A stretch of 64,000 nucleotides of DNA from Octopus vulgaris (Eukaryota). The stretch spans positions 17,546,001-17,610,000 of the forward strand of contig OX597831.1 of NCBI GenBank assembly GCA_951406725.2. Reading direction: 5' to 3'. Shown here one piece after another: positions 25,526 through 38,743 of this stretch. Under the pieces are notes generated by a model. The model was not told where the DNA came from, ran no database searches, and saw only the letters and a list, made by a program, of their open reading frames with translations. The translations under genes and the position numbers were made by a program. Position 1 is the first letter of the stretch; each line of letters begins with the position of its first letter.

Positions 25526-28329
25526 CCATTGGTTACTCGATAGACAAATATATAGATTTATGCGGAGAATTTTGATAAATAGTTACTTCTATAAATTTGC
25601 ATTTATGTTGAGTGGAAAACTAAAATATATTGAGCGGTTTTGACAAATCAAATCGTAAGACAATAATTGTGATACCAATTAATAGAACGAAAATAAACGC
25701 AGAAATCTTCATTATTATTTGGTCTCTTCACCACCGGTGTATTTCGATGTTGTAATCTTCAAGATGACTTATTTTCATATGAAATAAAATGCACCACCTG
25801 TTGAACCCCTGATATTTATTGATATTCATTGCTATGGAAGCTGTAAATATATGCTTAAAAGTTGAAATATTGTTTTCGCTCTACAATTATTTAGAACTTG
25901 TAAGTATTAGGAATAACTTTTATTTTCTTTTTATAGGGCTTTACTGCTAAAATATTTAGGAGAGTAAATAAAATATTGTTACCCAGATGGTATAAAATTC
26001 ATAGTAAAGCAACCCCAATACAAACAGATATATATTCTTGCTTTATTTTATTCTTTTACATCTTATTTTAGGTTTGTGAGCTTGCATGAATTATGCAATT
26101 AGTACTTTTTCTTGAGTACATTTAATGCTTCGGGGAAATCGATGACGTAATCAGATTTGTTATATAATATTTTACTGAGACAATAATGAGTTGAATTGCA
26201 TACTCCAGATTTCGTGGGTTATTTACTTTTTATGCACTTACACCTACTCCTTATATAAGCTTCCATAGTAATCCGAAAAGTCGGGTCAGTTGAAGTATAT
26301 TGACCGGAGTTTTGACGGGGAACTAACGTGGTGGTCATTTTAGAGTTTGTTCTAGAACACACTTCCTAAGCGTTTTGCGTAACGTTCCCATTTTCTTATA
26401 ATCTTTACCTATTTGATCTGGTCTGTTGGAAATAGTAAAGATTCATTGGGTTCATCTGATGTAAATTTCCTTATGCTTGGCGACCATAGATATGATTATC
26501 TACTCCAGACTACTAAGGTTAATGCTGTACTCGACAGAAGCATTATTACCTGCCCACGTGTATACAATAACTAACGAAACGATTATATATCGATTTTGCT
26601 AATCTTGGTAATGTGTAATAGGGGAAAATCCACTACTGCACATATTTTACCTCCACATATGTTATGATACTTAAGATAATGTAATTGCCAACAGTTGTGA
26701 ACTTCCTTGATTAGGGACGTTCCTTGGTTTTGCGCTGCTAGAAGGTACCGAGCATTGAATCTTTCGCACACTTTTTGATTGAATTTATGTCGGATGTAGA
26801 ACCTCAGTAGCATCAGCTCTCATTTTTGTTCTATATATTTTTGTTGTGAGGCTGTCAGTTGGTATAATTAAAGACTTGTCCTACAAAGCCTCACATGTAT
26901 AACATAACAGGACACACACGTACACATACATGCATACACACACATATATGCATACATATATACATACATGTATGCGCATACACACTGAACCACACACAAG
27001 CTCAGAAACAGAAAAAACAACGTCGCTCGGAAACGGACTGAATCAAAGATTATTGAAAATGTTACAAGGCGGAAGGAAAATTTTATTAAAAAATTAATAA
27101 ATGAATGGGAACTTTACTGGTGAGAGTATTAAATAGTAAGGTACTAAACACAATGACTCTAGCGAGACAGTAAAATATGCTTCAACACACGAATTCACAT
27201 AAATAGTCATGCAAACGAAACCCCAAGCGAAGATATATATATATGTGTGTATGTGTGTGTGTGTGTAGAATTTAATGAAGTATTATTACCAGTATTAAAA
27301 TTACACCAATAATAATAAAGAGGCCATAGAGTTTAATCATAATAGGTAAAATGTACAAATAAGACAGGGGAGATAAACACCATTGGCTAGAAAGGGCATT
27401 TAACCTCCAAGACCATAAATTCCTGTCTATATTGAACACGTACAGTGAATGCAACGAACATAATAATAATCGGCCATATCTCATACGGATTACAGAGTAA
27501 GAACAAATACATTGGTATTATAGATTTTCTGCGTTAGCTCTTACTACATAAATCTATATTTAAAAATATTCAATTCCTTAAACCATACGCAGTTGTTCAT
27601 TTGAATCCCTGTTCCGGTACTCTGTCTTATACATAAATAATGCGTTTTTCTATACTTACTTTATTTTAAATATTCTATGTGTACCAAAGTCGTGAAGCAT
27701 TCTACGTCATAAGCAAATCGGATATGAGATAATAACAATTCAAAGTAAGTTACTCTCAAAAGACATTGTGTACGTTCCCCGAGAATATAACCCTTCGGAC
27801 GGTTAGACTTGAATTCGACTCACAATGAATGTAGAAATCGTCTGACATTTCGTATTGCAGCAGACATACAGATGTGTATACTCGTTGGTTTCAAAATAAC
27901 ATAGATTATCAATATATTTACAAAATTTACAAATATGACAGTTAATAACACTGGGCCACTGGGAAAAATATTATTACTAAAACTAATGATTTATTGATGG
28001 GAAATAACATCGTTATTATTACATTAGTATATTTCAGGTTGTATATTGTAATTCATTGCGATCCATGTTTTAGATATATGACAAATTTTTGACATTAGAC
28101 TTGTATAAATTTACAAGTTTAAATACAAAATAATTGAGGTGGTTAATTTCAGAGATACCACGATTACGTAATTAAAAATATGAAGACACACCGTTTCACA
28201 TACAAACAGATTTACGCACGTATACATGCAAAAACACACACATAATCGCACACACACGCACACACACACAAATGGAATTATATATAAATCTAACTATAAT
28301 AAAATATGAGATTGCAGAAACCTAGAAAC

Positions 28330-29040
28330 TGGACTTGAAAAGAACAATATTATGACTGAGAGAGTAAACTTTAAAATTAAAATTGTAATAAAGACATTTC
28401 TTTAGAGAAATGTTCACCACAGATAACAGAGATATCGAATGTTTGAGGCATCTATAGCGACTTCTATCAGCGATTGATTTATTTGAGATATCACATGAAA
28501 AATATTTCTTTTCTATATGAATACGTTTCTGGTTTGTCAAGTGCTCACACTGCGATAATGATTTACCCCAGAAATCCCAATGATATGGCTTCACTCCTAT
28601 CTGAATAAGTCTATGAGAATCGCGGTTACATGTGAGAAAGTTTGAAGCGAATATCAGAATGACAAGGTGTTTTTCCAGTATAAGTTCGTCTTTAGACAAG
28701 ACATATTTTCCAGTGAATTATTTCCCACGGATTTCACGTTGATATGGTTACTCACCTGTGTCAATACATATATGAGTAATTAATAAAATGATTTGCGACA
28801 GATATCCCATTGATGTGCTTTTTCTACTGTACGAATATGTTTGTGTTTAGTTAAATGACTATTTTCGAAAAATGATATACCACAAATACCAAAGTGATAT
28901 GGTTTCTCTGTTGGAGGAATGTTTCCATGAGCAGTTAAGAATATAGCACCACGATAGGATGACTGTCCTATCTTTTTCGGCATCTTTTCTGAAAATTCAA
29001 CCCTGCAAAATTCATCGGTTTCACATGTGACATTTTCCAT
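28330..29040 (-). pseudogene. C2H2 (Kruppel-type) zinc-finger pseudogene
   Basis: MENVTCETDEFCRVEFSEKMPKK, then EKPYHFGICGISFFENSHLTKHKHIRT and VKPYHWDFWGKSLSQCEHLTNQKRIH. Cys/His residues lost; stops and frameshifts present. Confidence 0.85.
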
Positions 29041-29448
29041 AATTTCATTCACTTACCTCAATATAATGACGTCGTTCTCAGGTTTATATTTATATTGTGG
29101 ATCATTAGTTGTAATTCTAAATTGAAATACTTAAGAGTCCATTGTTCACTTTCAATGAAACGTCTACTTACATGGATGTCTATACATTGACAGTTAAATC
29201 TTCCAAACCTAAATATTTGAAGAATCACGTCACAATTTAAGCATAGTTAATACGTATAATTGCTTAGTTCCTAATTGCATTCACTATGATTTCTTTGTTT
29301 TACATGCAAATTCGTCTTTAGCAATGATTTTATGTTGTTCTAAATGTAAATACAAAATATTTTGTAAGATGATAACACCATATTAAAATAAAATAATTCG
29401 TTTTTCTTTAAATACCATTTGCACTCAGATTTACTCTTTGGAATCACA

Positions 29449-29536
<88 letters not shown>

Positions 29537-29642
29537 ATAAGTTTAATTTGATAACTTATCAATTCATGATTTCAAATGTTCGGATAATGTGTTTCGGGAA
29601 TAAACTATAATGAAATATGATAATAATAATAATAATAATAAT

Positions 29643-29691
<49 letters not shown>

Positions 29692-29773
29692 TAAGTTTAA
29701 TTTGATAACTTATCAATTCATGATTTCAAATGTTCGGATAATGTGTTTCGGGAATAAACTATAATGAAATATG

Positions 29774-29803
<30 letters not shown>

Positions 29804-29806
<3 letters not shown>

Positions 29807-30424
29807 GCCCTGATGCAGTACCAGGCAGTGGCTCTCATGGCTTCTGATCTTAACTGATTGGAAGTGTTATCAATGCCCTGATGCAGTACCAGGCAGTGGC
29901 TCTCATGGCTTCTGATCTTAACTGATTGGAAGTGTTATCATGTACATTGTTTTGTCTTGGTATAAAAGATGGGCTACAGCAAATATTCTGCTCAATACCA
30001 CAGATTTGCTTGTCAGTTGTTTGACCTTAACCAGTTGAGCATGTCCCTTAGTGGCTGACGATATGTGCATCTCTGATCACGAGCAGAAGTAGTGGGGGAG
30101 CATCATGGCCATGTGTTGAGAGGGATTCTTTGGAGTTTGAATGGTTCACCTCTGGAAACATAGGTGTTTCGTTCAACATCCTAAAGCAACCCTTATTCAG
30201 GGACCGTTTGAGCAGGATGGGCTACTCAACCTGAAGAAAATTCTAACTGGGCCCCACCTGCAAGGTCATGTGCTGTTTATCTTGATATGAGATCACCATG
30301 TCGCGCACATATGGCTGTGATGCATGTGCCTGGTGTACCTTTATCAGACGGGTAGTCATGATGGGTATATTGGGCTTCGTATATTTTACCCCAGTGTCAC
30401 TTTGATGGCATGAACTGCTCTCTC

Positions 30425-30425
<1 letters not shown>
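29804..30425 (+). mobile_element. Unclassified ~550-bp non-coding interspersed repeat inserted in (TAA)n, first 69 bp duplicated
   Basis: (TAA)n on both sides; diverged reverse-complement copies at 60998-61533 and 53372-53490. Orientation is inferred from the TAA tail. Confidence 0.7.
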
Positions 30426-30495
<70 letters not shown>

Positions 30496-30544
30496 AAGAA
30501 GAAGAAGAAGAAGAAGAAGAAGAAGAAGAAGAAGAAGAAGAAGA

Positions 30545-33500
30545 AAAAGGAGCGCCAGCCTTGACAGCGGCTGGACGTATTCCTGTCTGCTCTAACAATT
30601 CAGTAGCCGAACGCCATAGAAACACTAATATGACCCAGTTTAGCAACGGGGAAAAATAACTCTCAAAGACTGGAACATCTACAATATCTTGTGAGTATTT
30701 AAAATTCTCTTCAAAATAAGTTAAGAAATTTACAAATTTACATATCTACAGTTTTCAAAGATACTTCCGATCAGCTTTAAAAACTTTAATACCCACAACT
30801 GCCTCTGTAAACATTTTTAAAAGTTTCTTCTCTCTAAAAACATCACGCTTTTCTTTTTGTGGACTTACAAAACCTTAAACATTCTATGAAAATCTGACTT
30901 TTCTTTGCTTCCTCCCTGAATATTCAAATATAAATGTAAACATATACTTTTTATTGCAAAAACACACCTGTTCTTCTAACTGGACATACAAACATCTCTA
31001 GAAAAGTCAACTTCAACCTCCAGAATATTACCTTACACGAAATATACAAACACTTTTTATTGCAATAACACAAACGCACATGGAAAAAATAATGATACTA
31101 ATTATAGATTCTCTCTGGTCGGACACAACTTCTCTATTCACAAACAATACAGAACAGCCCTTCCTTAATTTTTCTTAAGGCTAGTAGTAGCAGACATTTG
31201 AACTTTTTTGAGCGATGGGACTCCACCCCACCTAAAAGAAGGGGAACACAAAAATAAATTTACATGAGCCACACTTACTACTACTACTACTACTACTACT
31301 ACTGCTGCTGCTGCTACTGGTACTGCTGCTGCTGTAGCTACTACTGCTACTACTGCTGCTGCTACTACTGCTGCTGCTGCTCCAACTACGGCCACTACTA
31401 CTGCTGCTGCTACCACTGCTGCTGCTACCACTGCTGCGGCTGTTACTACTACTACTATTGCTACCATTGCTGCTGTTGCTGCTGCTGATGTTGCTGCTGC
31501 TGCTGCTGCCACCTCTGCTACTACTACTACTGGTACTACCACATTTGCTGATACTACCACTGCTGCTGCTGATGCTGTTGCTGCTGTCATTACTATTGCT
31601 ACTACCACTGCCGCTCCAACTGCTGACAATGATATTGCTGTTGCTAACAACTACTGGGGCTGCTGCTGCTGCTAAAGATGATAAATGAAGCTTCTATATA
31701 AAATTTAGTGGTTAAATCTTTTATTTAAACTTTTTTTAATGAAAACTTAATAATAATTTAAATTTACTTAAAAAGAAAATTTTTTAAATTACACCGCTTC
31801 GCTTGTCCAATGATTATAAAAGAAGCGCGCCAGTCAGGAGGCTGCCAGCCTGATGGCGAAAATTTTCAAATGGCAGAATATCTTCCCCGAATACGAACCT
31901 GGAAGGTCACTTAAACGGGATTTGTCCCAAATTAAGACCCCAAAGTTCGTCACCACAACGACCAGAAAATCAAAAAAGTAAAATTATTAATGGAACCAGG
32001 AAGAATATAAAGAAGTAATATATGCTTATTACTTTGCATTAAGTAGGTCAACCCGAGCAAAACACACCGCAAACTCCTACAGAATTTGGAGGAGCCAGAA
32101 TCCAGCTAGCAGACCAAACCTAGATAAAAACAGATTAGCAAATGCTAGAAGAGATATCTTCAGAAATACCGGGCTCACAGATGCAGAATTAACGTCTATT
32201 AAAAAAGTGGTAGAGAATGACCTAAATGTAATTCAGGAAAGAAAAAACGAAGCTGAGGAGAGGAATGTTGAGCCACAAGCATTGACTGAAAGGCGACCAT
32301 CTGCCGAATCGACTCAAGATCCTGAAGAAGAAGGAAATACGACCCTAGAAATAACAGCCCGGAAAATTATGTCGACGCAGAATTTGAAATAATATGTTTG
32401 TTGAACAACACAGAAAATCTATCATTGAAATGAAGCAAGAAGTTCTGAATGAGCTTGCAGTTGTAGGCCATACAACTATGAATGATAGGGAACCACTCCA
32501 TAAACTCTCAAATGCACACCAACATAAAACACAAATAAAAATTGGCAACTGCGTTACACAGGAAATCATACCACAACTAAAACCCGATCTTAATAAATTA
32601 AATGAAATTATTTACTCTGTCGCTAAGGTAATCGAAAGACGCTGTTTAACACCGAAAAAGCCAACAATACCAAATTCGAAAAGAAAATCAAACTGGAGGA
32701 GTAGAATTGAAACTGATATTGAATCATTGCGAAGGGAGATATCAATATTAACTGAGCAAATCTCTGGAAATGACGTAAGATCAAGGAAAGGCAGGAAGAT
32801 TGTGAGAAAAGATGGACACTCAACAAAAGAAGAACTAATGTCAGCGAAAGAAACACTGAAACAAAAAGTTAAAGCAAAAGCTCAGAGAATACGCAGATTT
32901 GAGAAAAGAATCAAATTCTACAAACAAAATAAGATGTTTAAATCCAATGCCAAATCATTTTATAGGGAAATAGGGAAAGAAAAAATAACCATTGAAAATC
33001 CACCCCTAATGGAAGAAGTTGAAAACTTTTGGAAGGGGATCTGGAGTGATGAGAAACCATACAATGAAAATGCAGAGAGGATCAAACACACCCAAGATGA
33101 TTTCAAAAATCTACAAGAACAGGTATGGTAAGACATCTCAATCGCCGACCTAATGTAAGCACTAACAAAGGCTCAAAAGTGGAAATCCCCTGGTATTAAT
33201 AGAGAACTATATTTCTGCCTCTCATCATTTTCGTCCGCACACAAAATGTTAGTAATACTATTTAATGAAAGACCCGGAAAAAACACCACATTGGATGGCA
33301 AATGGTATTACTTACCTCCTCCCCAAAAATAACAAAACGAAAGACCCAAAAACTACCGGCCTATAACATGTTTATCTACTACCTATAAGAGTTTGACATC
33401 TATTCTAGTAGAGAAAACATATACGTTTATGGAAGAGAATAACCTCTTTCCCACTGAACAAAAAGGATGCAGACGAGGCTCATACGGATGCAAAGATCAG

Positions 33501-34759
33501 CTCCTAATTAATCGCATGATCCTTGAGAACTGCAATAACAAGCGCAGAAATCTCAGCTCTTCATGGATTGATTATAAAAAAGCCTTTGACAGCATACCAC
33601 ATTCGTAGATTCTGAAATCGCTGGATATTTTCAAAATTTCTCCTGTGATTTCAGATTTTTCAAAGTATATGTCACTATGGAACACGAAGCTCCAATTATA
33701 TCATTCTAGTGGAATATTGCACTCAAACGACATTAGCATAAACTGTGGAATTTTCCAAGGTGACTCACTTTCACCACTAATTTTCTGCATAGCACTAATA
33801 CCACTCTGAAGTGAATTGAATAGAACAGGATATGGCTACAAAATTGACAACAAGAAAATAAGCCATCTATTTTATATGGATGACTTAAAGCTATATGGCA
33901 AAGATGATGAAGAGCTTGAAGGATTCTTACATACTGTGAAAGGATTCAGTGATGATATCGGGATGGAGTTTGGCCTTGAAAAGTGTGCCAAACCACTTTT
34001 AAGAAAGGGAAATTAGTAAAGTCTAGTTCAATCGAATTAGATGTCGAAATAGTAATAAAGGAACTTGAGCAGGAACAAACCTATAAATACCTAGGAATAA
34101 ATGAAGGCTCTGGTATCCAGCATGCAAGCATGAAAGAGAAGCTTAGGAAGGAATGTTATAGAAGAGTCCGAGCAGTCCTGAAGTCTGAGCTGAATGTATA
34201 TAATAATGTTTTAGGCATAAATTCCTTAGCAGTACCAGTTGTCCTTTATAGCTTCAATGTGCTTAACTGGAATACTTGTGAAATAATGAAAATTGACAGG
34301 AAAATCCGCAAGCTACTGACTTGTAATAAGATGCACCATCCAAAGGCAGACGTGGATCGCCTTTACTTTCCAAGAGCTCAGGGAGGTCGAGGCTTGATCC
34401 AGCGTGAACTTACATACAAAACCACCACAATCGGACTGGCCAAATGCCTTGAAGCAACGAACGACTGGATGCTAAAACTTGTTGAAAAACATGAAAGACC
34501 TAAAGAACTTCACTCTATTCTCAAAGAGAGCAAAAAATTCGCTGCTGATCTCTTAGATACACACCAGATTGATCAGGCTGAAGGAAATGCGCCTACCGCA
34601 GCTGCAAAGAAAATAAAATTAATTCCAAAGACAAAAGCACATGAAAATTTAGCTAGCAGAAACCTTTCCATGGCAAGTATGTGGCCTCTTTTCTGCCCTA
34701 GGTGTATGGAAAACACTCGGCGAGAAACGGAAGTAAATTTGAAGAAAGAAGGAATAAAC

Positions 34760-34760
<1 letters not shown>
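30545..34760 (+). mobile_element. R4/Dong-type RLE non-LTR retrotransposon, decayed, endonuclease region deleted
   Basis: EQKGCRRGSYGCKDQL, WIDYKKAFDS, GIFQGDSLSPL, HLFYMDDLKL, YKYLG. At ~34685 it jumps to a 3' UTR homologous to 53745-53820, then a (TAA)n tail. The 5' region is homologous to 57930-58800. Confidence 0.9.
31277..31680. repeat. Compound (CTA)/(CTG) trinucleotide repeat
   Basis: Read directly; lies between the Dong 5' region and its ORF. Confidence 0.9.
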
Positions 34761-35085
<325 letters not shown>

Positions 35086-35679
35086 TGCAATAAAGAGGAA
35101 AATATATATTAAGCGCAAATCATTGCACACACTATTCATTGAACAATTTCAGATATTTATTTCAGATATTTAATTCAGATATTTATTTCAGATATGTATT
35201 TCAGATATGTATTTAGCAAATTCCAACTTCGTCAGAAATATGTTTAGTTTACTTTCTTTTTGTTCTGTATATTTCCCGGCTTAAACGCTTCTCGGTATTC
35301 ATCCAATGTTGAATATGCTAGGACTGTGCATCCACATTTTTCATTTCTGGTTCATGTTCTCCATGCAAAACTCCTATTATTTTAATTAACTATATTTACC
35401 TTTTTGATTAAAAAACATCATACAATCTTAGATATTTTATAAATGTTTTTCTCAATCTTAGAAATTATGAAATAATCTATGAAACTATCTTAGATAAATG
35501 GCAGCATGTCTATTGCAAATATATCTTTTTATGACATATTTGTACTAGAAAATACATATAAACATATATAATTAATAAATAGTAACCTGTTTCTTAATTG
35601 TTGCACTTTTATAAATTTTATACGTTTTTACTATGTACATATTTAAATATGCACGTGTTAAAGACAATACTCTTGTCTA

Positions 35680-36050
35680 CAATAGCTTGAAATTTGTGGG
35701 GAGGAGTCTAGTCGATTGGATCGACCCTTTGGTCTCACTCTACTTAATTCATCATTTCCAAAAGGATGAAATGTAAAGTCGTCCTCGGTGGATTCTGAAC
35801 ACAGAACGTAGCGACGGTCAAACTACTCCTAAGCATGTCGTCCACCGAGCTAATGATTCTGTTAGCACACCGTTATGTATAAACTCTAGGCACAAGGCGC
35901 CAAATTTCTGGAGAGTTGACCAGTCGATTAGATCGACCCTTGCACGCATTTGGAACTTCATCGGCTTCGAAAGGCGGGAAATCAAAGTCGACCTCGGTGG
36001 AATTTGAACTCAGAACGTAAAATATGGACAAAATACCACTAAACATTTAT
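35680..36050 (-). mobile_element. Two tandem diverged tRNA-derived SINEs
   Basis: aaagtcg(t/a)cctcggtgga..tt(c/t)tgaac(a/t)cagaacgta occurs twice; family of the 18501 SINE. Confidence 0.75.
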
Positions 36051-37398
36051 AATGTAAATCGTGAATGTAGAATATTTGTAAAGTGAACGTAGCTTCGCTA
36101 CATACACTTTGGAAGCGGAACAAAGATCAACATAAATGTACAGAGCGCCGTTTAGGGCTCTGTCCCTTTATGTTAAGCGGATGTGTTCAGGAACAATGCG
36201 AAATATCGTTAAATGAAAAGGTATGTTTTATTTGTTCAAATGATCGCTTCTTTTCCTCATTTAAATCCACATCAGCTTTTTTAAGTTGATAATCTTTCGC
36301 GAGGTTTCACCGCAAGTTTCCTATCATAGAGCACTTTCATTTCAATACAACTATAGTAAAGTTTTCTATTTGATAGCTGTGATATTTTGATTCAGAGTGA
36401 ATTTTAGGAGTTACGTATGTTTTCTCTGTCATTTAAAGCCACGCAATCTTTTCATAGCTATTAAGTTCACAACGTATTTCGTCATAAGGCACACATTCGT
36501 TTCAATCCAATTTAATCGATACTTTTCTCGTACAATATCTGAGATATTTTATTCAAATTCAGTTTCTCCTCTAATTCCTGATATTTATCTCACCTATGTT
36601 TTTTTATATTGCATCCATACTAAGAGTACAGACATAAGGATACATTTCCTTCAAGTGGAGGATGAATTATGTGTTAATAATTGTGAGAAAATAACTAAGC
36701 GATTATTACTTAAAAAATTATACAAACATTCTCCTATTGAAACCATTATTTACAAAATTGATATCTGCTGATATACTTAGTTTATAAATTTTCAGACAGC
36801 AAGAAGCAGAATAGGATTAGATTTCAGCGTTTAATTCCCCATCATTTTACACCACACCTCAAATACAAATAGTGTCAGGCATTCGTCGTAACAAGACGTA
36901 CTTTTCATAGCTCCCGTCAGTAACCAAAGAAGCATATTTCAACTCAAGCCAACCGAAACTCTCCTTGTCTTTAATCTCAAAACTTTTGAATTCTACAATC
37001 CTAATATTCTACTCTTTTAATACCATCGGAGGATTAATTTATACAAATATATATACAACCTGGAGAAAGAAATATAAACCAAAACTAAACCCAAGACTAG
37101 TTCTAAAACTAGTCCCGTGAGTACAATTCTTCTTTCTTTTTTCTTGATCTGTATTACACACACTGCTCATCCTGATTGTACTAAATACACTGAACTCTCC
37201 CACACACAAGCCACGCATTTCCGAGTATATCGACACAAACTTTTCAACGGTGTATTCACTATTTACCGAGTATATCGACACAAACGTTTCAACGGTGTAT
37301 TCACTATTTTACATCAAGCCATCAATAACTGGTGTACATATACATATACACGCATACACATACATATATATATATTACACAATACTGTCCCACTGAAT

Positions 37399-38738
37399 AT
37401 GGCCAATAATATTCAAAAACGCCGCTGGGTTGAAAATGAAATTACTGCAATGATAAACGCTTGGTTCATTCATCACAATGAAGCTAATGTTTACAGTAAA
37501 ATAGCTGAGGACTTAGCGAAACAATCCCTTTACAGATCTGTAAAACAGATCGAAAACAAAATAAAAGAGATTAAAAGAATATTTCCTATTTTCCACGCGC
37601 ACATGGCTACACTAGAAGCCATTCTTGCCAATGAATGCAGTGCACCAAATGACCAAATTCCAACAGGTCAGGGGACACTTCAACAGCAACAAACAACTGA
37701 CCTAATTCCATTGGAGCCAGCACCTGACGAACCAAGTCAAATTTCACTGCTGCTACAGCAACAACAACAACAACAACAACAACATTCTAATACTACTACA
37801 AGTCAAGTTTCACTGCTGCTACAGCAACAACAACAACACTCTGCTACTGCTACTACAGCCAGAATAGAAAAATCACTACTACAACCACATACAACAAACT
37901 GCCGTTACTATTCTCAAGGCAGCTGTACATTTGGCCCCATTCTGGCAAGCCAGAACCTACTATCACAAAAACAACAACCTGCTTCTGATACTACATTGAA
38001 ACAACAACACTCTGCTACTGCTACTATAGCCAGAATAGAAAAACCACTACTATACACACATAAAACACCCTGCCGTTACTATTCTAAAGGTAACTGAAGA
38101 TTTGGCCCCAGCGGCACAAACAACAATCGACGCTGTGCTTTTTCCCATCCTATCTTATGTCGTAGACTTGTTAAGGGCACTTGTCCATATGGTATAACGG
38201 GAAAAAACAGCCCCACCTCCACCCCAAATACTGTCCTAAATACAGAGTGCATGGTCCTGATCCTAAATATGGATGCACAAAAGGCAATGGATGCACCTTA
38301 TTCCATCCTAAAGTGTGCCAAACTTCTGTGTCACAAAGGATTTGCCTGAACCCAGAATGCAACCACCACCATCTGAAGGGCACAAAACGATCACATAATA
38401 AATATAAACAGGAACAGAGGAAATCTAAGACAACAACAAGAACAAAATACAACCACGTTTCCCCTCCTACAATCAAACAACGAAGACAGAACCATGAAAA
38501 AACCACAATACAAAATAACACCAAAATGAAGTATGTGTCAACTGACCAAGTGGCAAACCTAAGAGGTAACTCTTTTTTACTGACTTACGTAGAAAATATG
38601 AAGGCCGACCTAAGCCAGGAGATCCAACGAGCTATAAGCAACCACCTATGCAAATCACAAGGACCACACACCCATTACCAACAAGAAAATCATACACACA
38701 CAGCTCCATACAAGAGCTACCCACATTGTTACCACTGA
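37399..38738 (+). pseudogene. LINE ORF1: Myb/SANT-like N-terminus, poly-Q, tandem CCCH-like fingers
   Basis: RRWVENEITAMINAW...YSKIAEDLAKQSLYRSVKQIENKIKEIK; CRYYSQGSCTFG, CRYYSKGN*RFG..CAFSHP, CPKY..CTKGNGCTLFHP, CQTS..CLNPECNHHH; stop at 38095 and a frameshift. Confidence 0.65.
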
Positions 38739-38743
38739 ACATC

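Noticed and set aside
26150-26870. Possible decayed Tc1/mariner on the minus strand
   Set aside because: Only faint hints (CERFNARY, FTSDE) and no TIRs found; too weak to call.
28322-29052. Functional ZNF gene
   Set aside because: No finger retains a full C2H2 set and the frame is broken several times.
31165-31688. Ala/Val-rich and Cys/Tyr-rich ORFs
   Set aside because: They are products of a CTG/CTA trinucleotide tract.
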